Shown in pieces: positions 25,649 through 36,084 of a stretch of DNA of 52,634 bases. This stretch comes from an uncultured Candidatus Berkelbacteria bacterium (GTDB lineage Bacteria > Patescibacteriota > UBA1384 > CAILIB01): positions 1-52,634 of the forward strand of contig CAILIB010000033.1 of the NCBI GenBank assembly GCA_903834195.1, in the 5' to 3' direction. The notes beneath the pieces are model-generated. The model was not told where the DNA came from and searched no databases. It saw only the letters and a list, made by a program, of their open reading frames with translations. Every line of letters starts with the position of its first letter. The stretch's first letter is position 1. A program made the translations under genes and the position numbers.

Positions 25649-27396
25649 AAAAACAGAAACCTAAGGTTGGTCCACCACAAGTTCCAAGTATATTTTCAAT
25701 ACTGAAACCGTACAGCAAAATGATTGCGTTACTTGCGACACTTTCAGTCGCAGGAAATGGCTTATCTTTGTGGTTACCAAAAGTTATTTCGCACGCTATT
25801 GATGCGTTTGGTCATCGTACCCTTGTATTAAGTGACGTAGCCTGGCAATTTGGTTTGTTGAGTGGAGCTATTTTTATCCTTACATATCTACAAAACATTG
25901 TTCAAACCTTTGCTTCTGAACGTGTTGCAAAGGATATGCGTAATGCACTTGCTACTAAGATTTCTCGGCAGTCACATGCGTTTGTGCAAAGTGTGACCGC
26001 ATCAAAACTACTCACCAATATTACTTCAGACATAGACTCAGTTAAGCTCTTCGTTGCACAGGCAATCTCATCTTTAATCTCTTCGTTATTCCTCATTTTA
26101 GGTGCAAGTGTTTTGCTCTTATTGACGAACTGGCGTCTTGCGCTCGTGGTATTGCTGGTAGTACCTATTATTGCGGTGACATTTTTCTTAACCCTTCGCC
26201 AGGTTCGGAGTTTATTTTTCAAGAGTAGGGAAGTCATCGATCGTTTAAACCGGGTAATTAACGAAAGTATTCTTGGTGCTGCGCTTATTCGGGTATTAAA
26301 TTCTCAAAAACCAGAACACAAAAAGTTTGCAGTTGCTAACCAAGAGTCACAAGATTTAGGATTACAAATTGTGCGAATTTTTGCAGGGTTGATTCCAGCA
26401 ATTTCCTTTACAGCTAACTTGTCGACTCTCGTGATTTTAGCACTTGGAGGTCATTACATTATTAACGGCAGTATGTCACTTGGTGACTTTGCTGCGTTTA
26501 CTACATATCTTACGATCTTAATATTCCCAATTTTGGTTGTCGGCTTTATGAGTAACGTAATTGCTCAAGCCACTGCGTCCTATGGACGTATTGCTGAGGT
26601 ATTAAATTCAACAGAGCCAAAAGAAGAGGGAGCCATTACAAGTACCTTAAAAGGTGATGTAGAAGTTAAAGATCTTACAGTGAAATATGGGGATAAGTCT
26701 GCATTGAAAGATGTCTCATTCGCAGTAAAAGCAGGTTCAAAGACTGCAATTATTGGCCCAACAGCTGCAGGTAAAACACAGCTTCTGTATGTGCTTACCG
26801 GATTACTTCAACCAGCGTCGGGTGAGGTGTTATTTGATGGACATAGTATTGATGAATACGATAAGACATCACTGCATCAACAGGTTGGATTTGTCTTTCA
26901 GGACAGTATTGTATTTAACATGAGTTTGCGCGAAAACATTGCCTTCAGCACTGATGTAAGTGATGAAAATATGCAAAAGGCAATTGAAACTGCTGAATTG
27001 AGTGATCTCATTTCGAGTCTTCCGGATGGACTTAAAACAGTAATATCTGAGCGTGGAACCAGTCTCTCAGGTGGCCAGAAGCAGCGTCTCATGCTTGCAC
27101 GTGCATTGGCCTTGAATCCGCGCGTTCTGCTTTTGGATGACTTTACCGCTCGGGTAGATACAGTTACAGAAACAAAGATTCTCAAAAACATCGAGAAAAA
27201 CTATACAGGGTTAACCTTAATTTCGGTAACGCAGAAAGTGAGTTCAGTTAAAGCGTATGACCAAATCATTCTGCTTATGGAAGGCGAGCTTTTGGCACAT
27301 GGAACTCACAAAGACTTACTGAAAGATTCGCCAGAGTACGCACAGATTTACACCTCTCAACAAAGTACAAATACATATGAACTACAGCCTCAGTAA
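25645..27396 (+). CDS. ABC exporter, fused permease/ATPase half-transporter (type I exporter)
   Basis: 6 TM helices plus NBD: [27 protein letters not shown] overlap with padR. Confidence 0.9.
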   Translation: MKKQKPKVGPPQVPSIFSILKPYSKMIALLATLSVAGNGLSLWLPKVISHAIDAFGHRTLVLSDVAWQFGLLSGAIFILTYLQNIVQTFASERVAKDMRNALATKISRQSHAFVQSVTASKLLTNITSDIDSVKLFVAQAISSLISSLFLILGASVLLLLTNWRLALVVLLVVPIIAVTFFLTLRQVRSLFFKSREVIDRLNRVINESILGAALIRVLNSQKPEHKKFAVANQESQDLGLQIVRIFAGLIPAISFTANLSTLVILALGGHYIINGSMSLGDFAAFTTYLTILIFPILVVGFMSNVIAQATASYGRIAEVLNSTEPKEEGAITSTLKGDVEVKDLTVKYGDKSALKDVSFAVKAGSKTAIIGPTAAGKTQLLYVLTGLLQPASGEVLFDGHSIDEYDKTSLHQQVGFVFQDSIVFNMSLRENIAFSTDVSDENMQKAIETAELSDLISSLPDGLKTVISERGTSLSGGQKQRLMLARALALNPRVLLLDDFTARVDTVTETKILKNIEKNYTGLTLISVTQKVSSVKAYDQIILLMEGELLAHGTHKDLLKDSPEYAQIYTSQQSTNTYELQPQ

Positions 27397-29140
27397 TACG
27401 CAGGATGAGAGTAAGCGAGACGGAGTCCTTGCTGCTCTAAAGAAGCTCTGGCCACTTATGTTGGAAGAGCGCGGAAAGCTTATACTCGCTTTCATCGCCA
27501 TTCTTATAAACTCAGGGCTCACAATTTTGGCTCCAGTGATGATTGGTCATACTGTAGATACATATATTATTACGCGTGACTTTCACGGTGTGCTTATATA
27601 TTCAGGGTTACTTCTCCTGGTGTTTCTCGGAGCTGTACTTTCAAGTTTTATTCAAACTCGAATTATGGGTGGGGTTGGTCAGCGCATTCTTTTCAGACTT
27701 CGCAATGCTCTGTTTAATAAATTACAAGAGTTACCAGTTGCCTTCTTTAACTCGGTTAAAGCTGGCGATTTAATTTCACGTATTAATAATGATACTGATA
27801 AATTAAATCAGTTCTTCTCACGTTCCTTAATGCAGTTTGTCGGAAATATCTTCGTTATCATTGGTGCGGCAATCGCAATGTTAGTAGTTGATACCCGGCT
27901 TGGTGCCACTGCACTCATTCCTGCGGTTGTCCTGCTCATTTTTGCACAGCTCACCTCAGCTTGGATAAAGCGCAAGAACTTCCAAAACCTTCAGGCTCTT
28001 GGTGGCTTAAGCGCGGAAGTGCAAGAAAGTCTAGATAACTTCCGCGTTATTATTGCTTTTAACAGAAGGGATTACTTCAGAGAGCGTTTTATAGAGGCAA
28101 ATGAGAAAAACTATAATGCTGCAATAAAAGCTGGTGTTGCCAATAACACCTATGTCCCAGTTTTTGGACTAGCCTCGAACATTGGTCAGTTAATCGTCAT
28201 TACCTATGGTTTGTACCTGATTACCCAAGGTATGTTTACTTTCGGGTTGCTTATTAGTTACCTCTCATATGTTACTCGGTTTTATGATCCACTCCGTCAG
28301 ATGGCATCGCTCTGGTCAGATCTTCAGACTGCGCTTGCAGGATGGGATCGTATTGCAGAAATTTTGAGCTTGCATACAGATTTAGAAATTATTCCTGACT
28401 CATCGGCTTTGAAAGATGGTGCAGTGGTCTTAGAATTTAAAGATGTCGCGTTTAAGTATCCGGGTGGAAAGAATGTGCTCTCAAATATCAATTTCAAATT
28501 AGAAAAGGGTAAGACGTACGCATTAGTTGGTCCTACTGGAGGTGGAAAGACCACAACTGCATCACTTCTAGCACGTCTGTACGACCCATCTGAGGGTGTG
28601 GTTTTACTTCATGGTAAGGATATTCGTTCCTATGAAACATCAGAGCGCTCTAAGCGAATTGGCTTTATTCTGCAGGATCCATTTCTGTTTAGTGGAACAG
28701 TTCGAGAAAATATTCTCTACGGTAATGATGAGTATGAACATATTACTACTGAACAGTTGGAAGATATTCTTCGCAAGGACGGTCTTGATCCACTCCTTCA
28801 GAGATTTGATCAAGGTTTAGATACAGTGGTGTCTGCTACTGGTGATAGCATTAGTTTGGGTCAGAAGCAGCTTATTGCATTTATCCGTGCAGCCTTGCGC
28901 CACCCAGATGTGCTGATTCTTGATGAGGCTACCGCAAATATTGATACGGTTACCGAACGATTACTTCAGGATATACTTGAGCAGCTTCCAAAGGAGACAG
29001 TGCGAGTTATTATTGCTCACCGTCTCAATACGATTGCAAATGCTGATACGATATTTTTCGTAAACGGTGGCACGGTTACTCACGCCGGATCACTACATGA
29101 AGCAGTTGAAATGTTATCTTCAGGAGTTCGAGAGAGCTAA
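27377..29140 (+). CDS. ABC exporter, fused permease/ATPase half-transporter (heterodimer partner)
   Basis: 6 TM helices plus NBD: GPTGGGKTT, SLGQKQL (degenerate signature), LILDEAT. 20-nt overlap with the upstream half-transporter. Confidence 0.9.
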   Translation: MNYSLSNTQDESKRDGVLAALKKLWPLMLEERGKLILAFIAILINSGLTILAPVMIGHTVDTYIITRDFHGVLIYSGLLLLVFLGAVLSSFIQTRIMGGVGQRILFRLRNALFNKLQELPVAFFNSVKAGDLISRINNDTDKLNQFFSRSLMQFVGNIFVIIGAAIAMLVVDTRLGATALIPAVVLLIFAQLTSAWIKRKNFQNLQALGGLSAEVQESLDNFRVIIAFNRRDYFRERFIEANEKNYNAAIKAGVANNTYVPVFGLASNIGQLIVITYGLYLITQGMFTFGLLISYLSYVTRFYDPLRQMASLWSDLQTALAGWDRIAEILSLHTDLEIIPDSSALKDGAVVLEFKDVAFKYPGGKNVLSNINFKLEKGKTYALVGPTGGGKTTTASLLARLYDPSEGVVLLHGKDIRSYETSERSKRIGFILQDPFLFSGTVRENILYGNDEYEHITTEQLEDILRKDGLDPLLQRFDQGLDTVVSATGDSISLGQKQLIAFIRAALRHPDVLILDEATANIDTVTERLLQDILEQLPKETVRVIIAHRLNTIANADTIFFVNGGTVTHAGSLHEAVEMLSSGVRES

Positions 29141-29159
29141 GTTCCATGCGAATAAAATA

Positions 29160-29192
29160 GTGCGGAAGACAAAGTCTTCCGCACTATTTTTA
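29160..29192. terminator. Bidirectional intrinsic terminator between the ABC operon and the convergent RND gene
   Basis: GTGCGGAAGAC-aaa-GTCTTCCGCAC, flanked by an A-rich tract upstream and TATTTTTA downstream. Confidence 0.8.
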
Positions 29193-29214
29193 TATTTAGA
29201 ATATCCTGATCTAC

Positions 29215-32200
29215 TTACTTCTTGTGGTGAACTCGACGTTCATACCCGCGCTGGATACGTGCACTAGCGATTGTAAACCAACTATAGAGAATAGGGGTTG
29301 TGAACAGAGAGAGGATACCACTAACAAGTACACCTGCTAGTACAACCGTTGCCAAACTGCGCCAGAATGGACTTAGAATGATTAATGGCATTAGTCCGCC
29401 GAGCGCAGTAACCTTGGTCAGGAAGATAGGTCGGAAGCGAATTCCAGACGCTTCAGCGATGGCCTGCTTAAATGGCATTCCGTGCGCGCGTTTTTGATTT
29501 GCGAGGTCAATCAGGAATATTCCCACATTAACCGCGATTCCAGACAGGGTAATAATTCCTAGGATTTCAAGGAAGCCAAATTGTCCTCCTACCAATGAAA
29601 GGGCAGGGAATACACCGATGAATGAAAGTGGGATTGCGAACAGGATGATGAATGGGTAGGCGAAGGAGCGGAAGAAGAGTGCAAGTACTACATAGAGCAT
29701 GACACATGCAATACCAAGGGCGATAAAGAGCTTTTGGAAGGATTTTAAGAACTCATTTCCGGAGCCTCGATCATCAAGAGCGTCAGAACGTAGGCCATAC
29801 TCTTTTAGCTTGTCTGCTGTCCAGAAATCTTTGACGGCCTGTTGTGGTGCTGTTGCATCTTTAAGTGCATCCTTAACCTCAGCTGTTATTGTTACAAAGC
29901 GTTGACCGTTCAATCGATTAATCCCAGTGAACCCTTGAGTAAGGCTTACCGTAGCTATATCCTGGACGCGAATCAGCTGACCTTGAGCGGTTGCGCCAAC
30001 GATAGTTGAGTTAATACTAGCAACATCAGTTGGTTGAGCTGCGTTAATCATGTAGATCTCAACCGGACGGGAACTTCCAGCAACTGTCTGTTCGTACTTA
30101 GTAGTCAAATTTTCGCCAACAATTGCATTAAGTGTTTGTGCTACTGCAATAGCTGGTAACCCTGTGCTGGCAAGTTTATCACGATTAATGCTAACGGCGA
30201 TTTGAGGATTATTCTCGTTAGTAAATCCATCATTAACTCGTGTAATATTAGGGAATTTATTACTATCGCGGAGAATATCTCCTGTTGCAATTGCAGCTTT
30301 TCGAAGTGCATCAAGATCGTCGCCGTAGATATTTACCGCAATAGGAGCTGACTGTGGACCAGTAATATTTTGATCAATCGCAGTGACGAAAATACGTTGA
30401 GAAGGCTTTGTGAGTGCGTTCAAACTTCCAGAGTTCAAATCCTTTACAAGTTGAGTGCTATTCTCATCTCGATCAGCACGATCAAATAATTGAACAGTAA
30501 AACTTACTTCATTGTCACTTTGTAGTGAAACGAAGAAGTTTTTAGTATCCTTTCGGGCTGTAAGAATAGCTTCTGTTTGATTGATAATATCTTGCTTTTG
30601 CGTCTTAGCGAGGTTGGCAGGATACTCAACATTTACACCGTAAATTGTATTGTCATCTGTTGATGAAAATTGAACTGGAACAATTTTACCGCTTGCAAAG
30701 AGTGCACCCGATACACCAAGAGGAATGATGATTGCGAGGATTATGATTACAATCTGTGCCCACGTGCGATCGAGAATCTTTGTATTGGTACGCACAAACC
30801 ACTGGCTCACTTTCCATAAGTTTGCGATCTCTTCCTGGTTTGTATGCTTGCGAGATGGCTTGAGCATGATGCGCGCCAAGTAGGTCAAGAATACGAGTGG
30901 GACAAAGTAAGACGCAATCAGTGCAGGGATGACGGTAATAGGAATGAACTTGATGATTTGTCCGAAGATACCATCTACAACACCGAATGGGACAAAAACG
31001 AGAGTGTTACAGATCACTGCAATAAACGCACCAATTCCAATCGTATTCATTGCTGCAATAACTGCATTGCGGCCGCGTTTACCCATGTCTAATTCATGCT
31101 GTACAGCCTCCAAGAGTACAATGGCTGGGTCAACAATTAAGGCGAGTACAAGCACCATTGAGAACAGGGTCAGCGTATTCAGTGTGACACCCTGAACCTT
31201 AAGGGCAAAAAATGTAATGAGGAGAGAAAGTGGGATTGCAAGTACAGAAATAATTGCTGCACGCCAGCTTACGAAAAGAAGCATCGAAAGCATGATGAGC
31301 CAGATTGCTCCGAGTGCCCAACCAAGTTTTCCGAATGGACTTGTACCAATAGGACTCCCGATTGCTCCCTTTTCAATCTCACTAACTTGCTGACTGATAG
31401 AATCTGCAACATTATAGACAGTTTTCAATGTTGCACCCTTCATTTCAGGGGCTGATTGGATTTCAGCAATACGACTTGTGACGTCTTTGTTTGACTTTAC
31501 AACATCAGCTGTGTCGTTGTACGTGAGCTGATAAAACAGCGCAGGTGCAGTTTCGATACTTGAATCCTTACTCGTTCGCTCTGAATACGTGTCGAGTGCG
31601 TATTGGTTATCACTTACAAGTGTTGCAGTGGCAACTTGGCCCAATGTGACAGCACGAGGGGGAGTTACTGAAGAGTCGGCTCCAATAGCAAGGTTATTAA
31701 TTTCATCAATAGACGTGAAAGGTGCTGCGGTAACAACACTGGTTTGACGACCATCTAACGTAATTGTTCCAGCAGGAATAGTTACATTACTTGCTTGTAG
31801 TGCTTGTTGAAGCTGGAGTGGGGTAAGTTTGTACTGGGCAAGCTTAGCAGGGTTCCAGTTAATATTTACACGGTCTTTTACAGGTTGAATAAGTTCAATT
31901 TGCTTTACACCGACAACTGTATTGAGTCGTTCTTTTACATAATCACCCTGTGCACGTAAATCGGCAGGTGTAGAACCAGTGGCACCGGTAAGAGCATAGT
32001 AAGAAATACTACCACCGAAACTTGGAACGATTACATCAGGTCGATCGGCGTCTGAAGGTAAGATGACACTCTGAACTTTATTACGAACTTCCGACAAGCT
32101 CGTGTTAAAGTCACTTGTAGCATCAAAGCTAACTTGAATACTTCCAAAACTATTACTTGCTGTGGATTGTACGTTAGTAACACCTTTTATACCCTGTACG

Positions 32201-32460
32201 GCAACTTCAATAGGTTTGACAATTTTGTCTTCTACTTCAGTTGGACTTGCTCCGCGGTACAGATCGGTAACAACTGCAATATTGAGCTGTGGTGCTGGAA
32301 AACCTTCTGAGCGAAGCGTTGCTAGTGAAAAACCACCGCCTATTAGTACTGCTAGAAATAGTAAAATAACAACTTGAGTATTCTTAAAAAACCAATCTAC
32401 AAGCTTGGCGCTCCAAACAATTGGTGTAGTGCTGTGCTCAGGAATGTCCAGTCGATCCAT
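29215..32460 (-). CDS. RND-superfamily efflux transporter (AcrB/SwrC-like), no adjacent adaptor or outer-membrane genes
   Basis: 1081 aa, 12-TM organisation with two large extracytoplasmic loops. AcrB-type N-terminus (WFFKNTQVVILLFLAVLIGG). Confidence 0.9.
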   Translation of the reverse strand: MDRLDIPEHSTTPIVWSAKLVDWFFKNTQVVILLFLAVLIGGGFSLATLRSEGFPAPQLNIAVVTDLYRGASPTEVEDKIVKPIEVAVQGIKGVTNVQSTASNSFGSIQVSFDATSDFNTSLSEVRNKVQSVILPSDADRPDVIVPSFGGSISYYALTGATGSTPADLRAQGDYVKERLNTVVGVKQIELIQPVKDRVNINWNPAKLAQYKLTPLQLQQALQASNVTIPAGTITLDGRQTSVVTAAPFTSIDEINNLAIGADSSVTPPRAVTLGQVATATLVSDNQYALDTYSERTSKDSSIETAPALFYQLTYNDTADVVKSNKDVTSRIAEIQSAPEMKGATLKTVYNVADSISQQVSEIEKGAIGSPIGTSPFGKLGWALGAIWLIMLSMLLFVSWRAAIISVLAIPLSLLITFFALKVQGVTLNTLTLFSMVLVLALIVDPAIVLLEAVQHELDMGKRGRNAVIAAMNTIGIGAFIAVICNTLVFVPFGVVDGIFGQIIKFIPITVIPALIASYFVPLVFLTYLARIMLKPSRKHTNQEEIANLWKVSQWFVRTNTKILDRTWAQIVIIILAIIIPLGVSGALFASGKIVPVQFSSTDDNTIYGVNVEYPANLAKTQKQDIINQTEAILTARKDTKNFFVSLQSDNEVSFTVQLFDRADRDENSTQLVKDLNSGSLNALTKPSQRIFVTAIDQNITGPQSAPIAVNIYGDDLDALRKAAIATGDILRDSNKFPNITRVNDGFTNENNPQIAVSINRDKLASTGLPAIAVAQTLNAIVGENLTTKYEQTVAGSSRPVEIYMINAAQPTDVASINSTIVGATAQGQLIRVQDIATVSLTQGFTGINRLNGQRFVTITAEVKDALKDATAPQQAVKDFWTADKLKEYGLRSDALDDRGSGNEFLKSFQKLFIALGIACVMLYVVLALFFRSFAYPFIILFAIPLSFIGVFPALSLVGGQFGFLEILGIITLSGIAVNVGIFLIDLANQKRAHGMPFKQAIAEASGIRFRPIFLTKVTALGGLMPLIILSPFWRSLATVVLAGVLVSGILSLFTTPILYSWFTIASARIQRGYERRVHHKK

Positions 32461-32526
32461 GTAGTCAAAATTATTCTTGTAGGGTTACTTTTCTTTTATA
32501 CAGTATTTTCTCAGCTTCGCGAAGCA

Positions 32527-32994
32527 TTATATATGTTGATGTGCTAATGAAGTGATGTGAGAAAAGTGAGCTTCTGACAGTGGTTGTATAGATAATCGCA
32601 TTCCTCGTTTAGCTACGAGAATTCCTTCTAAGGTACTATCTTGCTTTATTTCGTCTAAGGTAACCATTCGGGGGAACTTTTCAACAAATCCTATATCTAC
32701 GCATACCCATGTTGGATTGTCAGGAGATGACTTGGGATCAAAGTATTCACTTTTTGGATCAAATGCAGTTTGATCTGCATGTGGATTGGAGATTACATTT
32801 GCAATTCCGACAACACCAGGTGGGGTAGTGCTCGAATGATAATAGAGAGCAATGTCTCCAACTTTCATTGTATCCCGCATAAAATTTCGTGCTTGGTAAT
32901 TACGAACTCCTGTCCACGGTTCCCTAGTGTCTCTTGCAAGGTCGTCGATAGAGTATGCGTCTGGTTCGCTTTTTAAGAGCCAATAGTTGGGCAT
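32527..32994 (-). CDS. EVE (PUA-like) domain protein
   Basis: MPNYWLLKSEPDAYSIDDL...WTGVRNYQARNFMRD...GDIALYYHS is the EVE-domain signature. Confidence 0.85.
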   Translation of the reverse strand: MPNYWLLKSEPDAYSIDDLARDTREPWTGVRNYQARNFMRDTMKVGDIALYYHSSTTPPGVVGIANVISNPHADQTAFDPKSEYFDPKSSPDNPTWVCVDIGFVEKFPRMVTLDEIKQDSTLEGILVAKRGMRLSIQPLSEAHFSHITSLAHQHI

Positions 32995-33076
32995 TTGTTA
33001 ATCATTAGTGATTGTAATTCTATAGTAGCAAGACCTTCTAGTAGTGCATATTCAGATAGCTATTTGAATATATTAC

Positions 33077-33146
33077 TTGACTAAATGTAAAGTAAACTTT
33101 ACAATAATGTCAGATAAACATACAAAATGTTTACATTTATTTACAT
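33077..33146 (+). promoter_or_regulatory. Promoter (TTGACT-17-TACAAT) of the Clp ATPase gene with four TTTACA/TGTAAA elements arranged as inverted and direct repeats
   Basis: TGTAAAGT-aa-ACTTTACA at 33086-33103 overlaps the -10 box. TAAACAT-N5-ATGTTTA at 33115-33133. TTTACAT at 33130 and 33140, 10 bp apart. Confidence 0.5.
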
Positions 33147-33158
33147 AGTATACACCCA

Positions 33159-35495
33159 ATGGCGTTAATCTGTGACGTTTGTAAAACTCGACCAGCTACC
33201 GCCCGTGTTGCATTCATTGTTGAAGGTCAACAACGTGTTGTAGATGTGTGTCCTGAAGACTTCGTAAAATTACAATCTGGAAATACAGCAGCATTACAGC
33301 AACTTGCTGAGCATACTGGTTTTGACTCGTATACAAAGCGTTTAGTGAAGCGCTCGGCAGATGTGGCAGCAGAGTATGGTCAGCGTGAAATTGCTAGTGA
33401 GCACATGCTTCTCGCTTTGGTTACGGATTCCTCTTCGCAGCCTGTTTGGGAAGCACTCCATATAAATCCAGATGATATTCGTGGCTTTATTGCAGTAAAC
33501 ACACTGCATGATGTGCGTCATACAGATCATGTTGATCTATCTGAAGATACTAAACATATTATTCGCGACGCTCATGAGGTGGCTGAAGAAAATCAGGAAG
33601 CACCTGCCGCGGGTCATATTGTTTTAGCACTATTGCATGATGAAGGAATGGCAGGAACTATCTTGAAACGCTTTGGCGTAACTGAAGAAGGGGTGCGTGA
33701 ACTTATCGATGATCAGGAGCAAATTGAAGAAAATCCAGGAGTCTCAACACTTGAAAAATATTCTCGTGACTTAACCCGAATGGCTAAACAGGGAAAATTG
33801 GACCCAGTTATCGGGCGCGATTCTGAAATCGAAACAGCAATAGAAGTGTTATCCCGTCGAACTAAAAATAATCCAGTTCTAGTAGGTGAGCCAGGTGTAG
33901 GTAAAACTGCAATTGTAGAAGGGTTGGCGCAACGAATTCAGGCTGGTGATGTTCCAGCGAGTCTTAAAGGAAAACGACTTCTTGAAGTAAGTTTAAGTAG
34001 TATGATTGCTGGCTCACGTTACCGTGGTGAATTTGAGGAGCGAATTGAGGCTGTTTTGAAAGAAATTCGTGCTAATAGTAGTAAGTTACTCGTTTTTATT
34101 GATGAGTTACACACTGTAGTTGGTGCGGGTGCAGGTGAGGGTAGTATGGATGCTGCAAATATCATTAAGCCAGCACTAGCTCGTGGTGAGTTACACATGA
34201 TTGGTGCTACTACATTAAATGAGTATCAGAAACATATTGAGAAAGATTCGGCTTTAGAGCGTCGATTTCAACCCATTACGGTAAATGAACCGTCGCTAGA
34301 TGATTCGATACAGATTATTTACGGACTACGACCTAAATATGAGGTTCATCATGATGTAAAAATCACTGATGCTGCGGTAAAATCTGCAGTTGAGCTATCT
34401 GATAGATATGTAACACATCGATTCTTGCCTGATAAAGCAATTGATCTGATTGATCAAGCGTCATCCCGTGTGCGGATTCAGAATGGTGAAAAAGTTGATT
34501 TGGTAGTTACTGAAGTAGATATTGCCCAGGTTCTTGCAAAGCTTACAGGTATTCCTGTAACTGAAGTGACAAAAGAAGAGAAAGTTCGCCTTTTAGGTCT
34601 TGAAGATCGTTTGCATGAACGGGTAATTGGCCAAGATGATGCGATTTCTGCAGTCGCAAACGCAATTCGTGTGTCCCGAGCTGGGCTTATTGAAGCACAT
34701 AGTCCAATTGCAACTATGCTGTTCGTTGGTCCTACGGGGGTTGGTAAAACTGAGTTAGCAAAAGCACTCGCTGCAGATTTATTTGGAAGTGAGAATCTCC
34801 TTACACGCATTGATATGTCAGAGTATATGGAACGACATGCAGTGGCCAGATTAATTGGTTCTCCTCCTGGATATGTTGGTTTTGATGACGGAGGTCAGTT
34901 AACCGAGGCTGTGCGACGACATCCGTATAGTGTGATTTTGCTCGATGAGATTGAAAAAGCACATCCAGATGTTGCTAATATACTTCTACAAGTTTTCGAC
35001 GATGGTCGTTTAACTGATGGTAAAGGTAGGGTTGTTGATTTCAGTAATACTGTGATAATTGCAACGAGTAATTTGGGGGGTGAACTTCAGCGACAAGCAA
35101 AAATTGGCTTTCAATCTGGAAATGAACACACCGAAGCGTTAAAGCAAGATGTTGTAGAGCAATTGCAAAACCATTTTCGCCCTGAGTTTATTAACCGATT
35201 GGATGAGATCATTGCGTTCCATCCTTTGCAGGAAGAACATATTGAAAAGATTGTTACGCTGCAGTTGGAACGACTTCGTGAGCTTGCGTTGACTAAACAG
35301 GTAAAACTTACCTGGACCAAAGATGTAGTTGCATATTTGGCACGGGTTGGATTTGATATCCGTTTTGGTGCAAGGGAATTACGTCGAAAGATTAAGCAGG
35401 AAATTGAAAATAAACTTGCTAAAGGAATGCTTAGTGAAGAACTAGGCAAGAAGGTTAAAATCCAATTCAAGAATGATCAGTTGGTAATACAATAA
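33159..35495 (+). CDS. Clp/Hsp100 AAA+ unfoldase, ClpA/ClpC type (two ATPase rings, essentially no middle domain) with a 60-aa N-terminal Cys-motif extension
   Basis: Clp_N repeats ([16 protein letters not shown]). D1 [15 protein letters not shown] and D2 [19 protein letters not shown] loop (ClpP-docking type). N-terminus CDVCKTRPA...VCPEDF. Confidence 0.9.
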   Translation: MALICDVCKTRPATARVAFIVEGQQRVVDVCPEDFVKLQSGNTAALQQLAEHTGFDSYTKRLVKRSADVAAEYGQREIASEHMLLALVTDSSSQPVWEALHINPDDIRGFIAVNTLHDVRHTDHVDLSEDTKHIIRDAHEVAEENQEAPAAGHIVLALLHDEGMAGTILKRFGVTEEGVRELIDDQEQIEENPGVSTLEKYSRDLTRMAKQGKLDPVIGRDSEIETAIEVLSRRTKNNPVLVGEPGVGKTAIVEGLAQRIQAGDVPASLKGKRLLEVSLSSMIAGSRYRGEFEERIEAVLKEIRANSSKLLVFIDELHTVVGAGAGEGSMDAANIIKPALARGELHMIGATTLNEYQKHIEKDSALERRFQPITVNEPSLDDSIQIIYGLRPKYEVHHDVKITDAAVKSAVELSDRYVTHRFLPDKAIDLIDQASSRVRIQNGEKVDLVVTEVDIAQVLAKLTGIPVTEVTKEEKVRLLGLEDRLHERVIGQDDAISAVANAIRVSRAGLIEAHSPIATMLFVGPTGVGKTELAKALAADLFGSENLLTRIDMSEYMERHAVARLIGSPPGYVGFDDGGQLTEAVRRHPYSVILLDEIEKAHPDVANILLQVFDDGRLTDGKGRVVDFSNTVIIATSNLGGELQRQAKIGFQSGNEHTEALKQDVVEQLQNHFRPEFINRLDEIIAFHPLQEEHIEKIVTLQLERLRELALTKQVKLTWTKDVVAYLARVGFDIRFGARELRRKIKQEIENKLAKGMLSEELGKKVKIQFKNDQLVIQ

Positions 35496-35524
35496 AAGAA
35501 AGGCCCCGAGCGGGGCCTTTCTTT
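35495..35524. terminator. Bidirectional intrinsic terminator
   Basis: AAAGAAAGGCCCC-gagc-GGGGCCTTTCTTT, a perfect 13-bp stem with A/T tracts on both sides, between convergent genes. Confidence 0.85.
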
Positions 35525-35548
35525 GTTTCAAAAGTAAAACGTACGTAC

Positions 35549-36007
35549 TTACTGCTTGAGGACTTCCAGGCTTTGAATAGACCTTTTAAGCTTACGTTTT
35601 TGAAAGATGTGTTCTACTGGAATAATGCTAAGAAAAGCTGAAGATATGAGATAGATGAATACATCTTCCCCGGGACCAGTTTTAGGTAGCTTATTTTGTG
35701 ATGTTTTTGCTACGGGTTTACTTTGAGTTGAAGGAAGCGCTACAGGTACGTATGATGCTGGGGTAGGGAACGGAGTGACTCCTGGGGTAGGCAGAATTAC
35801 GTTTTGTGCAACTAATGGAATTGGAAGTTGTACTGTTTCACTGGCAATCCGACGATCTTCAATATTCTTCCACCAGGTATGAACTGGGTTTTGGAAAATA
35901 GAGAGAATAAGTACAATCACCAAAAAAGTGCCTACTACAGTGTATGCAAGTAAATCTGGGTAGAGAACTTCTTCAGGTTCTGGTGTTGGAATTGTTTCGA
36001 AAGCCAT
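35549..36007 (-). CDS. Small Pro-rich surface protein with a C-terminal LPXTG-type sorting signal
   Basis: N-terminal hydrophobic anchor. LPKTG (35675-35689) is followed by a hydrophobic stretch (VFIYLISSAFLSIIPV) and a basic tail (QKRKLKR). Confidence 0.5.
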   Translation of the reverse strand: MAFETIPTPEPEEVLYPDLLAYTVVGTFLVIVLILSIFQNPVHTWWKNIEDRRIASETVQLPIPLVAQNVILPTPGVTPFPTPASYVPVALPSTQSKPVAKTSQNKLPKTGPGEDVFIYLISSAFLSIIPVEHIFQKRKLKRSIQSLEVLKQ

Positions 36008-36084
36008 AGGCTATGAATAATCGCAATCACTCGAGATGTCAAGGTGTGGGCGAATTGCGTTTGATATTGTATGCTACGTACACA

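Noticed and set aside
25645-29140. The heterodimeric ABC exporter as CydDC (the cytochrome bd assembly factor).
   Set aside because: It is 11 kb from cydA, sits in an operon with a PadR repressor (typical of drug/toxin efflux), and I cannot tell CydDC from other type I exporters by eye. Left as a generic exporter.
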